A stretch of 63,656 bases of DNA, the filler included, from Globobulimina sp. (lineage: Eukaryota), in assembly GCA_003354225.1 (NCBI GenBank). It is 32 parts of 32 records of this genome, joined end to end, with 100 filler letters (N's around TTAATTAATTAA, not from the genome) between each part and the next. Parts side by side here need not be neighbours in the genome. Positions count along the whole stretch, not along the records: positions 9,971 to 11,864 come from PIVH01010830.1; positions 11,965 to 13,858 come from PIVH01010831.1; positions 13,959 to 15,852 come from PIVH01010832.1; positions 15,953 to 17,846 come from PIVH01010833.1; positions 17,947 to 19,840 come from PIVH01010834.1; positions 19,941 to 21,833 come from PIVH01010835.1; positions 21,934 to 23,826 come from PIVH01010836.1; 25 more parts are not named here. One strand, given 5' to 3'. Positions 10,690 to 22,359 of the stretch are shown here, in pieces. Positions within the stretch are counted from its first letter, which is position 1; the number at the start of each line of letters is the position of its first letter. The notes beneath the pieces are model-generated. The model was given only the letters and a program-made list of their open reading frames with translations. It searched no databases and was not told where the DNA came from. The position numbers and the translations under genes were made by a program.

Positions 10690-11965
10690 GATCGTCAGTG
10701 AGGAGGGATTATTTGGTTAGTGAAAAAGTTGAAGTTTTTTTATGGCAAATGAAAGTGTATCACAGCATGATTAGTAGTCATGTCACAGTTGTGAAAAACA
10801 GCATAATTTGACCATCTACTTTAAGCAAGGTGTTTATACCAAATATTATGTTATGGATCGATCACCAATGAATATGTAGACACTTCAATCATATTTTCGC
10901 GGCGCTTGACAAGAAACTTGAAACCGTATAAGTAAAATATCGATCCGGAAGGCATGAATTTTAATGATTTTGGTGGTGATTTTTTTTATTCGTTTATTGC
11001 GGAAACCAATCAAACATTTACAAATATTGTATGTGACAACAACTGGTATTTAGGTTCCGACGACTTTAAATATACGGATTTTATTCGATTGGTTGCTGTT
11101 TAACAATTAACAGCTGATTGGATCGACGTACGTTTATTTGACACAATGTCATAATTATAATTCATAAGTCCGCTTAATTAATTAATCAATTTATCTCTTC
11201 TCTCTCCTCGCTCCTCACTTCCTCGCTCGAATAATATCCCAAAAGACCGCAAACAACAAAAGAAAAGAAACAATAAACAATATGTGTAACGCCCCAAAAA
11301 TTTTAGGTGCAAAAAGTAACAACACCGTTAATACATTTCTGTGACATTTATTTTATTAATGTTAGTATTATTTATTAGCATTATGAAGGACTATGAGTAT
11401 GATTGTGATTTGTAACCATTGTTCTTGTCTTTTTCTGCATTGTAATATAGTTTAATTTAATTTAATTTATTATCGATTATGATTTTCATAATGTAAATGT
11501 TATTTAGCTTCAATCTGTCGATCCACATTTATATTGCAGACGATATTGTACATGTTATAATTATGTTTTATCCGCGGCCGACATGCATCCAGTTTTATTA
11601 TACAGATATCTTCGTACTTTGACAATATTTGTGGTATAATATATTATGTGCTGATGGATTGGCAAATTGTGCACAAACAATGATATGAATACGTTTTCGA
11701 TGCAACAAATACTTTTTTTCTTTCTTGTTTTTTTTTCAACATTAAACATACTCAAACATCCAAATTTGAAAACTTCAACAAAGAGAATGTCAGCCATGAA
11801 CAAAATTTGCATTTATGATAAGCTAACTTTATTCAACGGACAAAGTGGAGAGGTACACTTTATGNNNNNNNNNNNNNNNNNNNNNNNNNNNNNNNNNNNN
11901 NNNNNNNNTTAATTAATTAANNNNNNNNNNNNNNNNNNNNNNNNNNNNNNNNNNNNNNNNNNNNA

Positions 11966-12556
11966 CCTGAATGGGGAACGTGTTATTGCGGTCATTCTGG
12001 AGCAGTTACTCCGTCATGGAATGCCTGTACAGTAAATTCAAGGTTGGTGTCAGCAGGATTCACTCAACAAACATTAAGGAAAGAAGTTGAAACAATAAAC
12101 GAAAAGGCTCAACAATTGGTGTCTTGTGCGAGCAATACATGCAGATTTTATTGGTGGTTCGGATTTGGCATTGCGGCTCTTGTTGTAATCGGTGGTCTAA
12201 TTGCTATACTTATCATTAATCCGTCTTTTTGGTTTGTAATATTCGGTTTGTTGGGTGGTGCTACGTTGATATTATATTTATTTAATTGGGCTGTGACGTG
12301 GAATTATTTATCAATTTGGAATAAATGTTTGCTACAAATTGAAGAATATGTTGATGGCGAATTAAATCAGAAATATAATCAACAAAATATAAGTTGGAGG
12401 GTTCGACATAAAAAAATGCTCCATGGATGTGGTAAAAGTTCATATCGGGTCAAATATGCAGATATTGTGGTGTCGCCAGGCGCACTCAAAGATAAATCTA
12501 CTTCTATAAAAGTCAAACCTTATAAAGGAAATGAAGAGAGCCAGAAATTGATTTAA
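11966..12556 (+). CDS. Two-TM membrane protein (weakly ERF4/GOLGA7-like), 5' partial
   Basis: Open frame from contig start; two hydrophobic segments; ELNQKYNQQNISWRV. Confidence 0.5.
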   Translation, partial: PEWGTCYCGHSGAVTPSWNACTVNSRLVSAGFTQQTLRKEVETINEKAQQLVSCASNTCRFYWWFGFGIAALVVIGGLIAILIINPSFWFVIFGLLGGATLILYLFNWAVTWNYLSIWNKCLLQIEEYVDGELNQKYNQQNISWRVRHKKMLHGCGKSSYRVKYADIVVSPGALKDKSTSIKVKPYKGNEESQKLI

Positions 12557-12877
12557 TACCAAATATAAATGTTAATGCAAATATTAAATAATAACTTTGC
12601 CAGAACTTCTTATTGAGTCCGAAATAAAAATGAGTATTTTATGATTGTTGTTCAGTACTCATTTTTAGATCAGATTTTAAATAGTCAGAAGAGCCTCAAT
12701 TATGTATGAATGAATTGGAAATAGATTATCCTAAATGTATGACAACTTCCATATCGTAAATGATTGCTTTTTCTAATTTGTAATTATATCCACATTTTCA
12801 CGCGTAACCTCAAAAAAAAGAACAATAAAAACACGCAACCAAACCAAAAAGAAAGCAAAATAATTGAAAAATGAATT

Positions 12878-13858
12878 TCAAAAATCAATTTCTTCCTGAC
12901 CTTGTTCATTTTTCCATGAAAACTCTTTATATTTGTCATCCGATGTTTGTCTCTGAAGCGCAATGTCATCCACATCAACATTGCTTGGCATAATTGGTTT
13001 ATATGTATTGTGCGAGTAATTATCCTTTGATAAAACATTATTATTCACATTATCATCAAAATTACTATTTGTTATTTTAACTATCTCCTGCTTCTGTTTC
13101 TCATTATGATTGTTCCCATCATTCATCCCAACATCCTCCAAATGCAAAGTATCAAAAAATTCATCCGAATCCTCATCCATTTCCTCCATGGTTTCTTCCT
13201 GTTGCTTTTCAAACAATTGCCTCTCTTTCCTTTCTTCATCTTGTTTTAATTTCAATTCCATTCTCTTTCTCTCAATCACAACATTTGAATATGGATCCTC
13301 TACCATTTGACCTTCCTTTTTCCGTCTCTTTTTCTCAAATAATTCATTCAGAACATTCGAACTAAATTCTTTTTTCTTACTCACTTTTTTTTGTGCATTT
13401 TCTAACATTTTATACATTGTATTTTGTATTTCTGCTGATTTCGTTCGCATATTTATTTTCAAATTATTTCCTTTCAATCCCAATGCGTTTTTATTAGCAA
13501 ACCCTTCTTGAACCATAAGCACTTTGTCCATCACATTCTTATCAGTAATGGTTCCATATTGCTGCACAAAATCAAACCAAACCTCACATTCACCCAACTT
13601 TTTCTCATCCAATCTCATGATTACTTCGCCTTCCTCCAATTCATTATTATGTACCACCTGTTTCAATGTCTGCTTTGTCGCTCTTTTCCGGTTCTTCCGA
13701 TAAATATTTTTCGTGTCAATATTACTTAAATACTTTTGATGCGCAGTTTTTTTACTTTCAGGTTCATTTTTTTTATCCGCCATATCAACATCAACCTCCA
13801 TCTCCACATTCAGCTCATTACTCCTTTCTTGCTCCAGTTTTTTCAAACATTCTTCAAT
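12878..13858 (-). CDS. Hypothetical charged protein, 5' partial
   Basis: 322+ aa ORF, Lys/Glu-rich. Confidence 0.55.
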   Translation of the reverse strand: MEECLKKLEQERSNELNVEMEVDVDMADKKNEPESKKTAHQKYLSNIDTKNIYRKNRKRATKQTLKQVVHNNELEEGEVIMRLDEKKLGECEVWFDFVQQYGTITDKNVMDKVLMVQEGFANKNALGLKGNNLKINMRTKSAEIQNTMYKMLENAQKKVSKKKEFSSNVLNELFEKKRRKKEGQMVEDPYSNVVIERKRMELKLKQDEERKERQLFEKQQEETMEEMDEDSDEFFDTLHLEDVGMNDGNNHNEKQKQEIVKITNSNFDDNVNNNVLSKDNYSHNTYKPIMPSNVDVDDIALQRQTSDDKYKEFSWKNEQGQEEIDF

Positions 13859-14136
13859 NNNNNNNNNNNNNNNNNNNNNNNNNNNNNNNNNNNNNNNNNN
13901 NNTTAATTAATTAANNNNNNNNNNNNNNNNNNNNNNNNNNNNNNNNNNNNNNNNNNNNAACATTTTTGGTTGAACTTGACTGTTGTTGTAATATAAGAAA
14001 AATGTGAACACTCATTCTCATGAAGCCGATCAAATCATTCATTTGCAAAATCGCAGAATGTCAGAGGGTCAAATCATTAAAAAGAAATATTATTATTCTC
14101 ACATTATATATAATTTTAAATCTTATTTGTTTAGAG

Positions 14137-15021
14137 TCACATTCCAAACTTATCCAACCATCTTCTTTTCGGAGGTTCAACAAACTCTGTGGTTTCATTT
14201 TGATATACAATGTGTTGTTGGTTCATTGCTACAGAACGTTTTGTGAAACTTGTTCTTTGTTCACCAGAATGTGTTTGATATCGTGGAGTGCGGTCAGGTT
14301 CAGAATATCTGATTGCTTGTCTTGGTGTTACGTACTGGATTTCCGGTTGTTGATATCGAACCGGATTTGGATGCTGTATTTGTTGAGCAGCCAAACTAAA
14401 TAAACGATTATTTTGATATGCAATTCGACCTAATTTTTGATTCACATCGTAATATTGCTCATTCATATCGCTTCTCATTCCTCTGACATTTTCGTCTATG
14501 ATATTTGTACTATTATGGATTTGTTGTGTGCTACTTTGCACTTCTTGGATTTTATAATCTGTATCATCAAGCTTTTCATGCGTAACTTGTGCTTCATTCT
14601 GTATTGTTTCTTTGATTTCGGACTTTGTGGATTCTTGGCTCTTTAGAATTTGCACTAGCTTACTTAATACAATTTTATCTTTGTACCACCAATCTGTCAA
14701 AACATAACATAATTTTGTATTTAAATAATTAGCACGCACCGTCACACATATAAAAAATAAATAAATTACTCAACAGATCAACGCTATGCCTGAAGTAACA
14801 GCAGTAAAACCCAATATTTTTGCCGTGTTATTATAGTTATGATTATTGTCAGGCACTTGAATCACAATAGATGAGGGTTGAATGTTTGCTTTCGGAGTTT
14901 TATTGCTTGCAAACAAATGTTTTGCAGCACTTTGAGTTTCATCTTTGTAGTTTGTGACACAATAACCGCCCATTGCGGCTACTATGCCGCCAGCTATCAC
15001 TCGCCCAAAGACAACAGACAT
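14137..15021 (-). CDS. Membrane-anchored coiled-coil protein (DUF1664-like); intron 14694-14774
   Basis: Splice gives GIALI-YWWYKD followed by coiled coil; family resemblance is weak. Confidence 0.5.
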
Positions 15022-15160
15022 TTTTACTTTTTATTAAATAAGAGTCAGTTAGTTTCGATCAGTAATCAGAGCTTCAAAATTGGCGATTATGAGTAATTGC
15101 GATTTTATTTCAACCAAATAAAAAAGCAGCTGCATTTAATACAATTGCAATTAATGAAAA

Positions 15161-15852
15161 TCAGTTTTTATTCCACTGTACCAGAGTCTGATCAATTTCT
15201 TGCATAATCAAATCAAAATTTTCATTTTCTTTTTCCTCACTCAGTTGCATTTCATTTGCATTTATATCAATATCCATTATATCCTCTTCCACCAATTCTT
15301 CCTTATTCTCACTGTCAACTAACATCACTCCATTGTCATATTCTTGATTGTTTGTGTTTGTGTTATATAATTCTTGCACTTTGTCACTAACATTGAGCTT
15401 TTCCATTAATTTGTCATTCAATATCCATTGTAATTTATTATTTGGACACCAATCATATTTATGTCGATTATTATTATCCAATAATGTCCGGTTAAGAAAG
15501 CTCAACGTATCACTTTTCGATATTATTTTGTCTAAACACTCAGCAATTATCGGCACATTAATAATGATGGCATTCTCCAAGGTTTGTTCTGAAAAAGTAT
15601 AGAAAAAATCTGCCTGTTGTCTTTTCCTTGCGTACAATGCTTTATTTACAACATTGATTATCTCGCTCTCCATATTCCAGCTATTCTCATCGGCGCTGTT
15701 GCTTATTATCACAGTCATCATTAATTTATATTGTTTTTGCGAGTATTTTGCATTGTAATTCGTTATTTTCTTTTGAACAAAGGGGTGGTGACATTGCGTT
15801 AATTGCCATTTGCTGTCAACAAATTCTTTTATTCCATATTCAATCCAGTTTA
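15161..15852 (-). CDS. Hypothetical protein C-terminus
   Basis: Long open frame ending at 15161. Confidence 0.45.
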
Positions 15853-15952
15853 NNNNNNNNNNNNNNNNNNNNNNNNNNNNNNNNNNNNNNNNNNNNTTAA
15901 TTAATTAANNNNNNNNNNNNNNNNNNNNNNNNNNNNNNNNNNNNNNNNNNNN

Positions 15953-16135
15953 TCACGAACGGTGGATATGTGAGCGGCAGCGGGATTTATGTCGGCCATG
16001 GGGGTTCAGGGAACAGCATGGCTGTTACGGATGGCGGCCGAGTTGAGAATGCGGATGGCTATATTGGCTACACCAGCAATGGCTCTGGAAATGCGGTGCT
16101 GGTATCGGGAGCGGGCTCGGAGTGGAACAGCACCG
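15953..16135 (+). CDS. Bacterial-type autotransporter/PEP-CTERM-associated beta repeat fragment (likely chimeric)
   Basis: GGYVSGSGIYVGHGGSGNSMAVTDGGRVENADGYIGY..GNAVLVSGAGSEWN; GC-rich. Confidence 0.65.
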
Positions 16136-17614
16136 CTTGCGGGCCAAAGCAACACGCAGTTATTGGGTACCATGGCCCATAAGATGTTAGGCAGCGGCGG
16201 CAGTGGCAAGTTAGTGGGCGGTATGTCTGGTATGGCTAAGAGTGGCGGCAAAATAAATCCAATGTTCAATGTGAATATGGGTTACATGATGGGCAGAGCA
16301 GTTAAGAAATGTCAGCCATTAAAAAACGGCTTGGAGATCTGTGCCATGTACAACCCAATGACCAATCAACTGAATGTCGATGTAAAATGCAAAAACTGCA
16401 AGAAGTTAAAAAAAGGCAAGAAAAGATTGTTTCCCAAGAAGTTAAGCAAAATGATCAAAATGTTGGTCAAACAGCGTGTATTTGGCAAGGCTGGCGATAA
16501 ATTATTGGGCGGTGAGTTAGACCGCAGATTTGCCCGCGGTGTGGGCTTAAAAAAAAAGAAAAAAAAGAAACCACCTCCAGGCAAAGGACGAGGACCGCCA
16601 CCACCGCGAGGTCAAGGTCAAGGACAGGGACAGGGACAGGGACCACCACCACAGGGAGGTCAGCAAGGACCGCCGCCGGGAGCTAATGGAGTCGGACCAG
16701 GTTCGTTTGGTGCAGCTCATACAAGTATATACAATTTCAGTTTCAAACTGAATCATGTTTTCGATTGAAACTGAATGAAATTTTTTTTTCAGTTTCAAAG
16801 TAATAATAATTTTTTTTCCAGATTGAAACTGAGTATGAGTATGTTTTTGCAGTTTGAAACTGAAATATTATATCTATCGCTAACCATTTCAGTTGGATCC
16901 AATGCAATGGGCAGTACCGGCGTGGGTATGCAAGGTATGAATGCGATGGAGAATGGTGGTAGACGGAGGATGATGGAGTACGATGAGAGTGAGGATTTAG
17001 TACAGTTTGAGACTATCGAAGGTAATATAGGTTATTCGATGTGGCGCGCAGAGCTAATGGATTGGCATAATTTTGCGGATTACGACGCAAGTAAAGCAGC
17101 GACAGATGAGTTTATGGACTATGGTGAATATCGAAACTTTGGTAATTTTGTACATTATTTTGATACGTTTGAATTTAATTGGAATGACGATGATAACTGG
17201 GATGATATGAATGGTATAAATGTGTCACCATTGCTGCAGTTTGGTGATGATGTGCTAAGTATTGATATGGGTGAAAAATGTGGACATAAATTACCATTTT
17301 TACAGTTTAAATTATGTTCATCTGTGGCTGATAAAGACATTCGTGTGTTTTTTAAACGGATTCCTGGCCAACAGACGGACGAATATGCGGCAAAAACAGA
17401 CGAATATAATAATATGTACGCACAATATTTTGATGCATTGCATATGGACGAAAAATATGAATTAAACGATGTGGAAATGTTACAAAATGTCATAGAGTAT
17501 GAGTTTGAACACAGTTTGTTCAGTTTTAATAACGACGACGATTGGCATGAGATTATCACCTCATACCCCGGTGGCTATGATACAGCAGCAGCAGGTATGT
17601 CGGAAAATGTATGA
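16136..17614 (+). CDS. Gly/Lys/Pro-rich then acidic hypothetical protein with RRRM motif; intron 16725-16892; 5' partial
   Basis: Two same-frame ORFs joined by GT-AG intron (HT-I-GSNAM). Confidence 0.6.
16734..16866. mobile_element. MITE-like element in intron with 17-bp terminal inverted repeats
   Basis: ATTTCAGTTTCAAACTG (16734-16750) / CAGTTTGAAACTGAAAT (16850-16866) plus internal copies of the motif. Confidence 0.6.
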
Positions 17615-18109
17615 AATGACTCATAAAGTGTGCAAAGCTGCCATGATTGTTCAAGCTGACATGTTCACAGTAAGTGCACTACAAGTTTTCAGTTAAAATC
17701 ATGGTAACTAATTTAAAACATTATCCCGTGAGACTAAAGCTAAACGATCGTTATTACCCATCACTGCCGGTGGGAGATTAGGCGACCATAACCACAAAGA
17801 GTCTGAAATCGAATTATTTGGACACTTATATCGCTTGAAAGGTATCNNNNNNNNNNNNNNNNNNNNNNNNNNNNNNNNNNNNNNNNNNNNTTAATTAATT
17901 AANNNNNNNNNNNNNNNNNNNNNNNNNNNNNNNNNNNNNNNNNNNNGTTTTTTGAATGACTAAACCATGGCAGCATGGCAAAGAAAATAATTTCTAACAC
18001 CATCGACATGACACCAAACACAAACATAAGTAACATAGACATCGCAAGACAGCCAAGTAAAACTATTAATGTTTCTGATAATTTTTAACATGGAAACCAC
18101 ATAAATTAC

Positions 18110-19126
18110 TTAACAAGATATGGGTGCCAGGCATAAACAGGAAGACACGCTCTCATATAACCTCTGCAATCCTTCGACTGGTGTTTCTCGGTTGAATAAT
18201 ATATACAAAGTCAGCCAGACAGCACAGGGTAATGTAATACATAATACTTTACATCTCCAGAGCAGTGCTAATGAATTAAACAAATTCGCGTTTGGATAAT
18301 CTGCAGTGGTTTCTCTGTCAAACACCCAGGACAACACAGCAAAGATACCAAATATATCCGCTGTGAAGCATAGCAAATTCAGCATAAATACCTTGAAATC
18401 TCGAGCATAGCAAAACATCATAGATTTGGTGATCACGGATAAGACGCTCGCTATGATGGAGATGATGTTAATCGCTGTCGGTTTGCGGAAAGTAACAATA
18501 TATATCATCTGGAGAATGACAAATGGAAATGTTCGATTAACAACGAAAACACAAAACCGATATGCGACTCGAACTATATTATTGTTGGTAATATGTTTTA
18601 TTAGATCTAGAAATGCAGAAATATCGAAAACGAATTTGTGATGAAACGCAACTTTATCTGTAAGCCATGCAAAATAATATAAATGAGAGAAACGATAATT
18701 GCTTCTTTTAGGTGGATTGGAGGGATACGTCCTTAGTTTGATAAACGCAAAAAATGGATTGAGAATACCGATATGATCAAGCCAGCAAATTAAAGAAAAT
18801 AACGGGGAGATTGGAAGAAATAAAAATAACACAGTCAATAATTTACAACATGATGACGACAATGGATCCACGAATGAAGTTGCAAATGCTGCAGAATTAA
18901 TTAGCATCACTAATAATAAAATACTCAATGACACAAATACATAAATTGGGTGATCGTCCTGATAATATTGGTAAGCTACTAAATAGTCTGTCAATACATC
19001 AATTGTATGGATAATAATGGTGGTCCCATCATACATCCAATCCAATTTGGTAAATTGTCTATATGGCGGTAAATTAGTATCGGCATTTTGTAGCATTATT
19101 ATGTTTATAAAAAAACTTATATTCAC
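18110..19126 (-). CDS. Multi-pass membrane protein, XK-related-like; probably with internal introns
   Basis: HTIDVLTDYLVAYQYY..YVFVSLSILLL and FPFVILQMIYI resemble XK family. Confidence 0.55.
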   Translation of the reverse strand: MNISFFINIIMLQNADTNLPPYRQFTKLDWMYDGTTIIIHTIDVLTDYLVAYQYYQDDHPIYVFVSLSILLLVMLINSAAFATSFVDPLSSSCCKLLTVLFLFLPISPLFSLICWLDHIGILNPFFAFIKLRTYPSNPPKRSNYRFSHLYYFAWLTDKVAFHHKFVFDISAFLDLIKHITNNNIVRVAYRFCVFVVNRTFPFVILQMIYIVTFRKPTAINIISIIASVLSVITKSMMFCYARDFKVFMLNLLCFTADIFGIFAVLSWVFDRETTADYPNANLFNSLALLWRCKVLCITLPCAVWLTLYILFNRETPVEGLQRLYESVSSCLCLAPISC

Positions 19127-19340
19127 TTAGCTTAAAAACTATCATAAAAAATCAGCAACAACAAACGTCCCACACACCAACTTGACTTAGCCACAGTCAT
19201 CAAATATAAATCGTATTGCCGCGAATGATTAAATTCTGATATCAGTTTTTAATTTTAATCGACGTATTTTTTCTGGTATTGCCGTTAATTTTCCTTTGGA
19301 TAAACTAAACGTTCAAATTCTATCGACGTGATATTTAACA

Positions 19341-19840
19341 ATGTCTACAAACATGGAGCAAATGCAAGCAAACAGCCCCTCCATCAAATTACTATTTCTC
19401 CGTGTTTGTTACAGACATAAATCTAAACTTCGATCATTTGAATGTTTTCCCTCATTTAAGGAATTAATCGATGAAATAACGCACATTTATCCACAAACTA
19501 AACCAAAACTACTCATCAAAACATCAGCCAATGATAATAATAAAAATGATGATGACACAAACCCAGAACAAGAAGACATAGATAATAATAATAATAAACC
19601 GCCCGAATGGAGATTGCAGTCCAATGATTGCGACTGGATCGAAAATGAAAAAGACTGGAACACTTTTATTAAATACGTAAAAAACAAACAACCAAAACCA
19701 TCAGACAACGACCACTCAAACAGCAACAAACCAAATCCAATCCATTTAACCTTACATGTCATCATTGACAATGAACAACATCACAGTTACGACCCAGAAT
19801 ACCCCTCATTCCAAAAATGTTACAAAAACCCACTCAGTCT
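19341..19840 (+). CDS. Possible PB1-domain protein, 3' partial
   Basis: LFLRVCY..LRSF..SFKELIDEI..DCDWIENEKDW. Confidence 0.45.
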
Positions 19841-20057
19841 NNNNNNNNNNNNNNNNNNNNNNNNNNNNNNNNNNNNNNNNNNNNTTAATTAATTAANNNN
19901 NNNNNNNNNNNNNNNNNNNNNNNNNNNNNNNNNNNNNNNNAAAAAAAAACAAAAAAAAAGAAAAATATAAACAAAAAAAAAAAAAACAATTAAAAGATAA
20001 ACAAAAAAAAAAAAAAAAATCGTTGATAATCAATGCGTCAAAGAAAAAAAAAGAAAA

Positions 20058-20780
20058 ATGATCAAAATGATGTGGGCCAAAAAAAAACAAACGAAATTTT
20101 TTGCAAAAAATATGGAATTAAAAAGAAAAAATGCAAAATTAGAAAACGGTATAAATTCAATGAATAAACAATATAAACATTTAATATTGAAAAATAAATC
20201 ATTATCAACAAAATGTAATCGAAATATACAAAGAATAAATAAAGTTATTCAAATTATAAATGGTGAAAACAATGATACCAAGAAAATTAAAATATTATCA
20301 CTGCATATACAAATTAATAAAAATTATGAAATGTATAACTATGCAAACGATATAGATGCGGATACCAATGATATATCAGAAAAGATGTATAATTTGCAAA
20401 AAATACTGCATTCTTCGTTAATACATAAACATAGCATATTATCACAAAAAAATCAATTATTAATACAGGGAAATAAAACATTAAAACAAAAAATTGAATA
20501 TTATCAATCTGTTACAATGAAAATATTAAATATAATGCGCAAAGATAAAGAGGTAATTGATAAGGATAAGAAATGTAAAAAACCGAAGACAGTGATCAAT
20601 ATTCTTCATAAACATTCAAAACATTCGTTTTATCCGCAAACACGAAGAGCAGCAGCAATGAGAGAGAAGGCGCGAGAAAAAAGAAAACAAACATATGAAA
20701 ACTATGAAAAAAATCATCTTCAAGTTTATGACACTGTTAATAAAAAAAATAAGGTGGTTGACATTGTGTTGATTGAATAA
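20058..20780 (+). CDS. Coiled-coil hypothetical protein, partial
   Basis: 240-aa Lys-rich ORF. Confidence 0.45.
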   Translation: MIKMMWAKKKQTKFFAKNMELKRKNAKLENGINSMNKQYKHLILKNKSLSTKCNRNIQRINKVIQIINGENNDTKKIKILSLHIQINKNYEMYNYANDIDADTNDISEKMYNLQKILHSSLIHKHSILSQKNQLLIQGNKTLKQKIEYYQSVTMKILNIMRKDKEVIDKDKKCKKPKTVINILHKHSKHSFYPQTRRAAAMREKAREKRKQTYENYEKNHLQVYDTVNKKNKVVDIVLIE

Positions 20781-20897
20781 ATTTAGCTATACGTAATGTA
20801 TAAATTCAGTTAAAATCCAGTTTTGCACTATAAAATTTAAATATTTGTATACAAAATGTTTTTTTCCAGTATAACAGACAGGCACTCATATCATATC

Positions 20898-21620
20898 ATG
20901 TACTCTTCTTTAAACAGAAATAATAGCGATGACGGATATTATTCAGTAAAAAATGATATTCAACAGGCAGTTCATCGATTTACCACAGATTTTGATCGTT
21001 GGAGGGATATGTTAGAAAATACAAACACTGCAACCAACAGTCACTTTAAGCCATTGACAGATTCATTAAAATCTCAATATAAACAATTAAGTCGCTCCTT
21101 AAAAGAATTAAACAAATCCATACAAACTATTGAAGCCAGCCCGGGTCAGCTAAATGACAGAAATGCATTTATTACAGACATGAAATCGACAATAACGGGG
21201 TGTCGGACTATTATCCAATCCTCCAAAACAAAGGAAATTATGAATAAACATCGCACAGAACACCAATCTGTGATAAATGCATCGAAACAGCGACAAAGAG
21301 ATCTAAATTTGGAGCATGTTAATAATAATCGTTACATGCAACAGCAACAAATGGAAATAAAAGAACAAGACATAATTTTGGATGATATGGAACAAGTATT
21401 AAAACGTTTGGGTGTTCACGCACATGTAATAAATACAGAAATGGAATCACAAACTAAATCATTGGATGAGTTGGATGCAGAAATGGATATAAGTCAAAAC
21501 CGTATAACACGTTTAACGAATAAATTGGATGATTTAATGCAGCATTCAAATACAAAAAAAGGACTCATGATTGTTATATTGGTTGTAATTCTCATGATTA
21601 TGATTTATTTTATATTTTAG
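20898..21620 (+). CDS. STX6: Syntaxin-6-like Qc-SNARE
   Basis: DGYYSVKNDIQ N-terminal motif; EQDIILDDM..INTEMESQ..LDELD SNARE; C-terminal TM. Confidence 0.8.
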   Translation: MYSSLNRNNSDDGYYSVKNDIQQAVHRFTTDFDRWRDMLENTNTATNSHFKPLTDSLKSQYKQLSRSLKELNKSIQTIEASPGQLNDRNAFITDMKSTITGCRTIIQSSKTKEIMNKHRTEHQSVINASKQRQRDLNLEHVNNNRYMQQQQMEIKEQDIILDDMEQVLKRLGVHAHVINTEMESQTKSLDELDAEMDISQNRITRLTNKLDDLMQHSNTKKGLMIVILVVILMIMIYFIF

Positions 21621-21933
21621 AGTTTTTGTATGACAGTGTATCAAATATTATATGTCGGTTTTTCAGTGCAAGGATAATTTAATTGTTAAGGGTCAAAAAC
21701 CTGCGCACCTTTAATAACGGAAAAACAGAATACTTCTACACCATCCTAATTGAGTCTGAGTTGGTCACATTTGCTGATTAAAATCAACCACAAAATGGTA
21801 TGCAATATTAATTATGAAATATACGAAATGTATNNNNNNNNNNNNNNNNNNNNNNNNNNNNNNNNNNNNNNNNNNNNTTAATTAATTAANNNNNNNNNNN
21901 NNNNNNNNNNNNNNNNNNNNNNNNNNNNNNNNN

Positions 21934-22282
21934 CTGTAAACCAATAAATATCCCTCACCTTCGCGTATCCACTCATCTCTGACAGCACAAAATGGAGTGT
22001 CTGTTATTTCAAGGTCTACGTCACAGCCATCGATGTTGGCAGACTTATGATAACAATTTTCCATTGTTGGATCTATGTTATTTATATTTGTATAAGTTTG
22101 CAATAAATTTGTAATTAATTTGATTTTTTGTGTAATTATGTACCATATTCGTCAATAAAGTTATCAGAGCATAAGCGAACGGTTAATGATGACTTACCAA
22201 CCCCACCATCTCCAAGCACTACAATTTTGAATTCTGGCCTGATTCTATCATAACTATGTGATGGTTGCTCCAATCCTGCCAT
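21934..22282 (-). CDS. Ras-family small GTPase-like, G3 box deleted; intron 22073-22143; 3' partial
   Basis: [54 protein letters not shown]. Confidence 0.85.
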
Positions 22283-22359
22283 TATTTGGGGATGCACTGA
22301 TTAGGATATCACTGAAAACTTATTTAATATATTTGAAACGTACGTATATAAATTTCAAG

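Noticed and set aside
19941-20090. Poly-A-rich segment and Phe-rich ORF
   Set aside because: Low-complexity contig end
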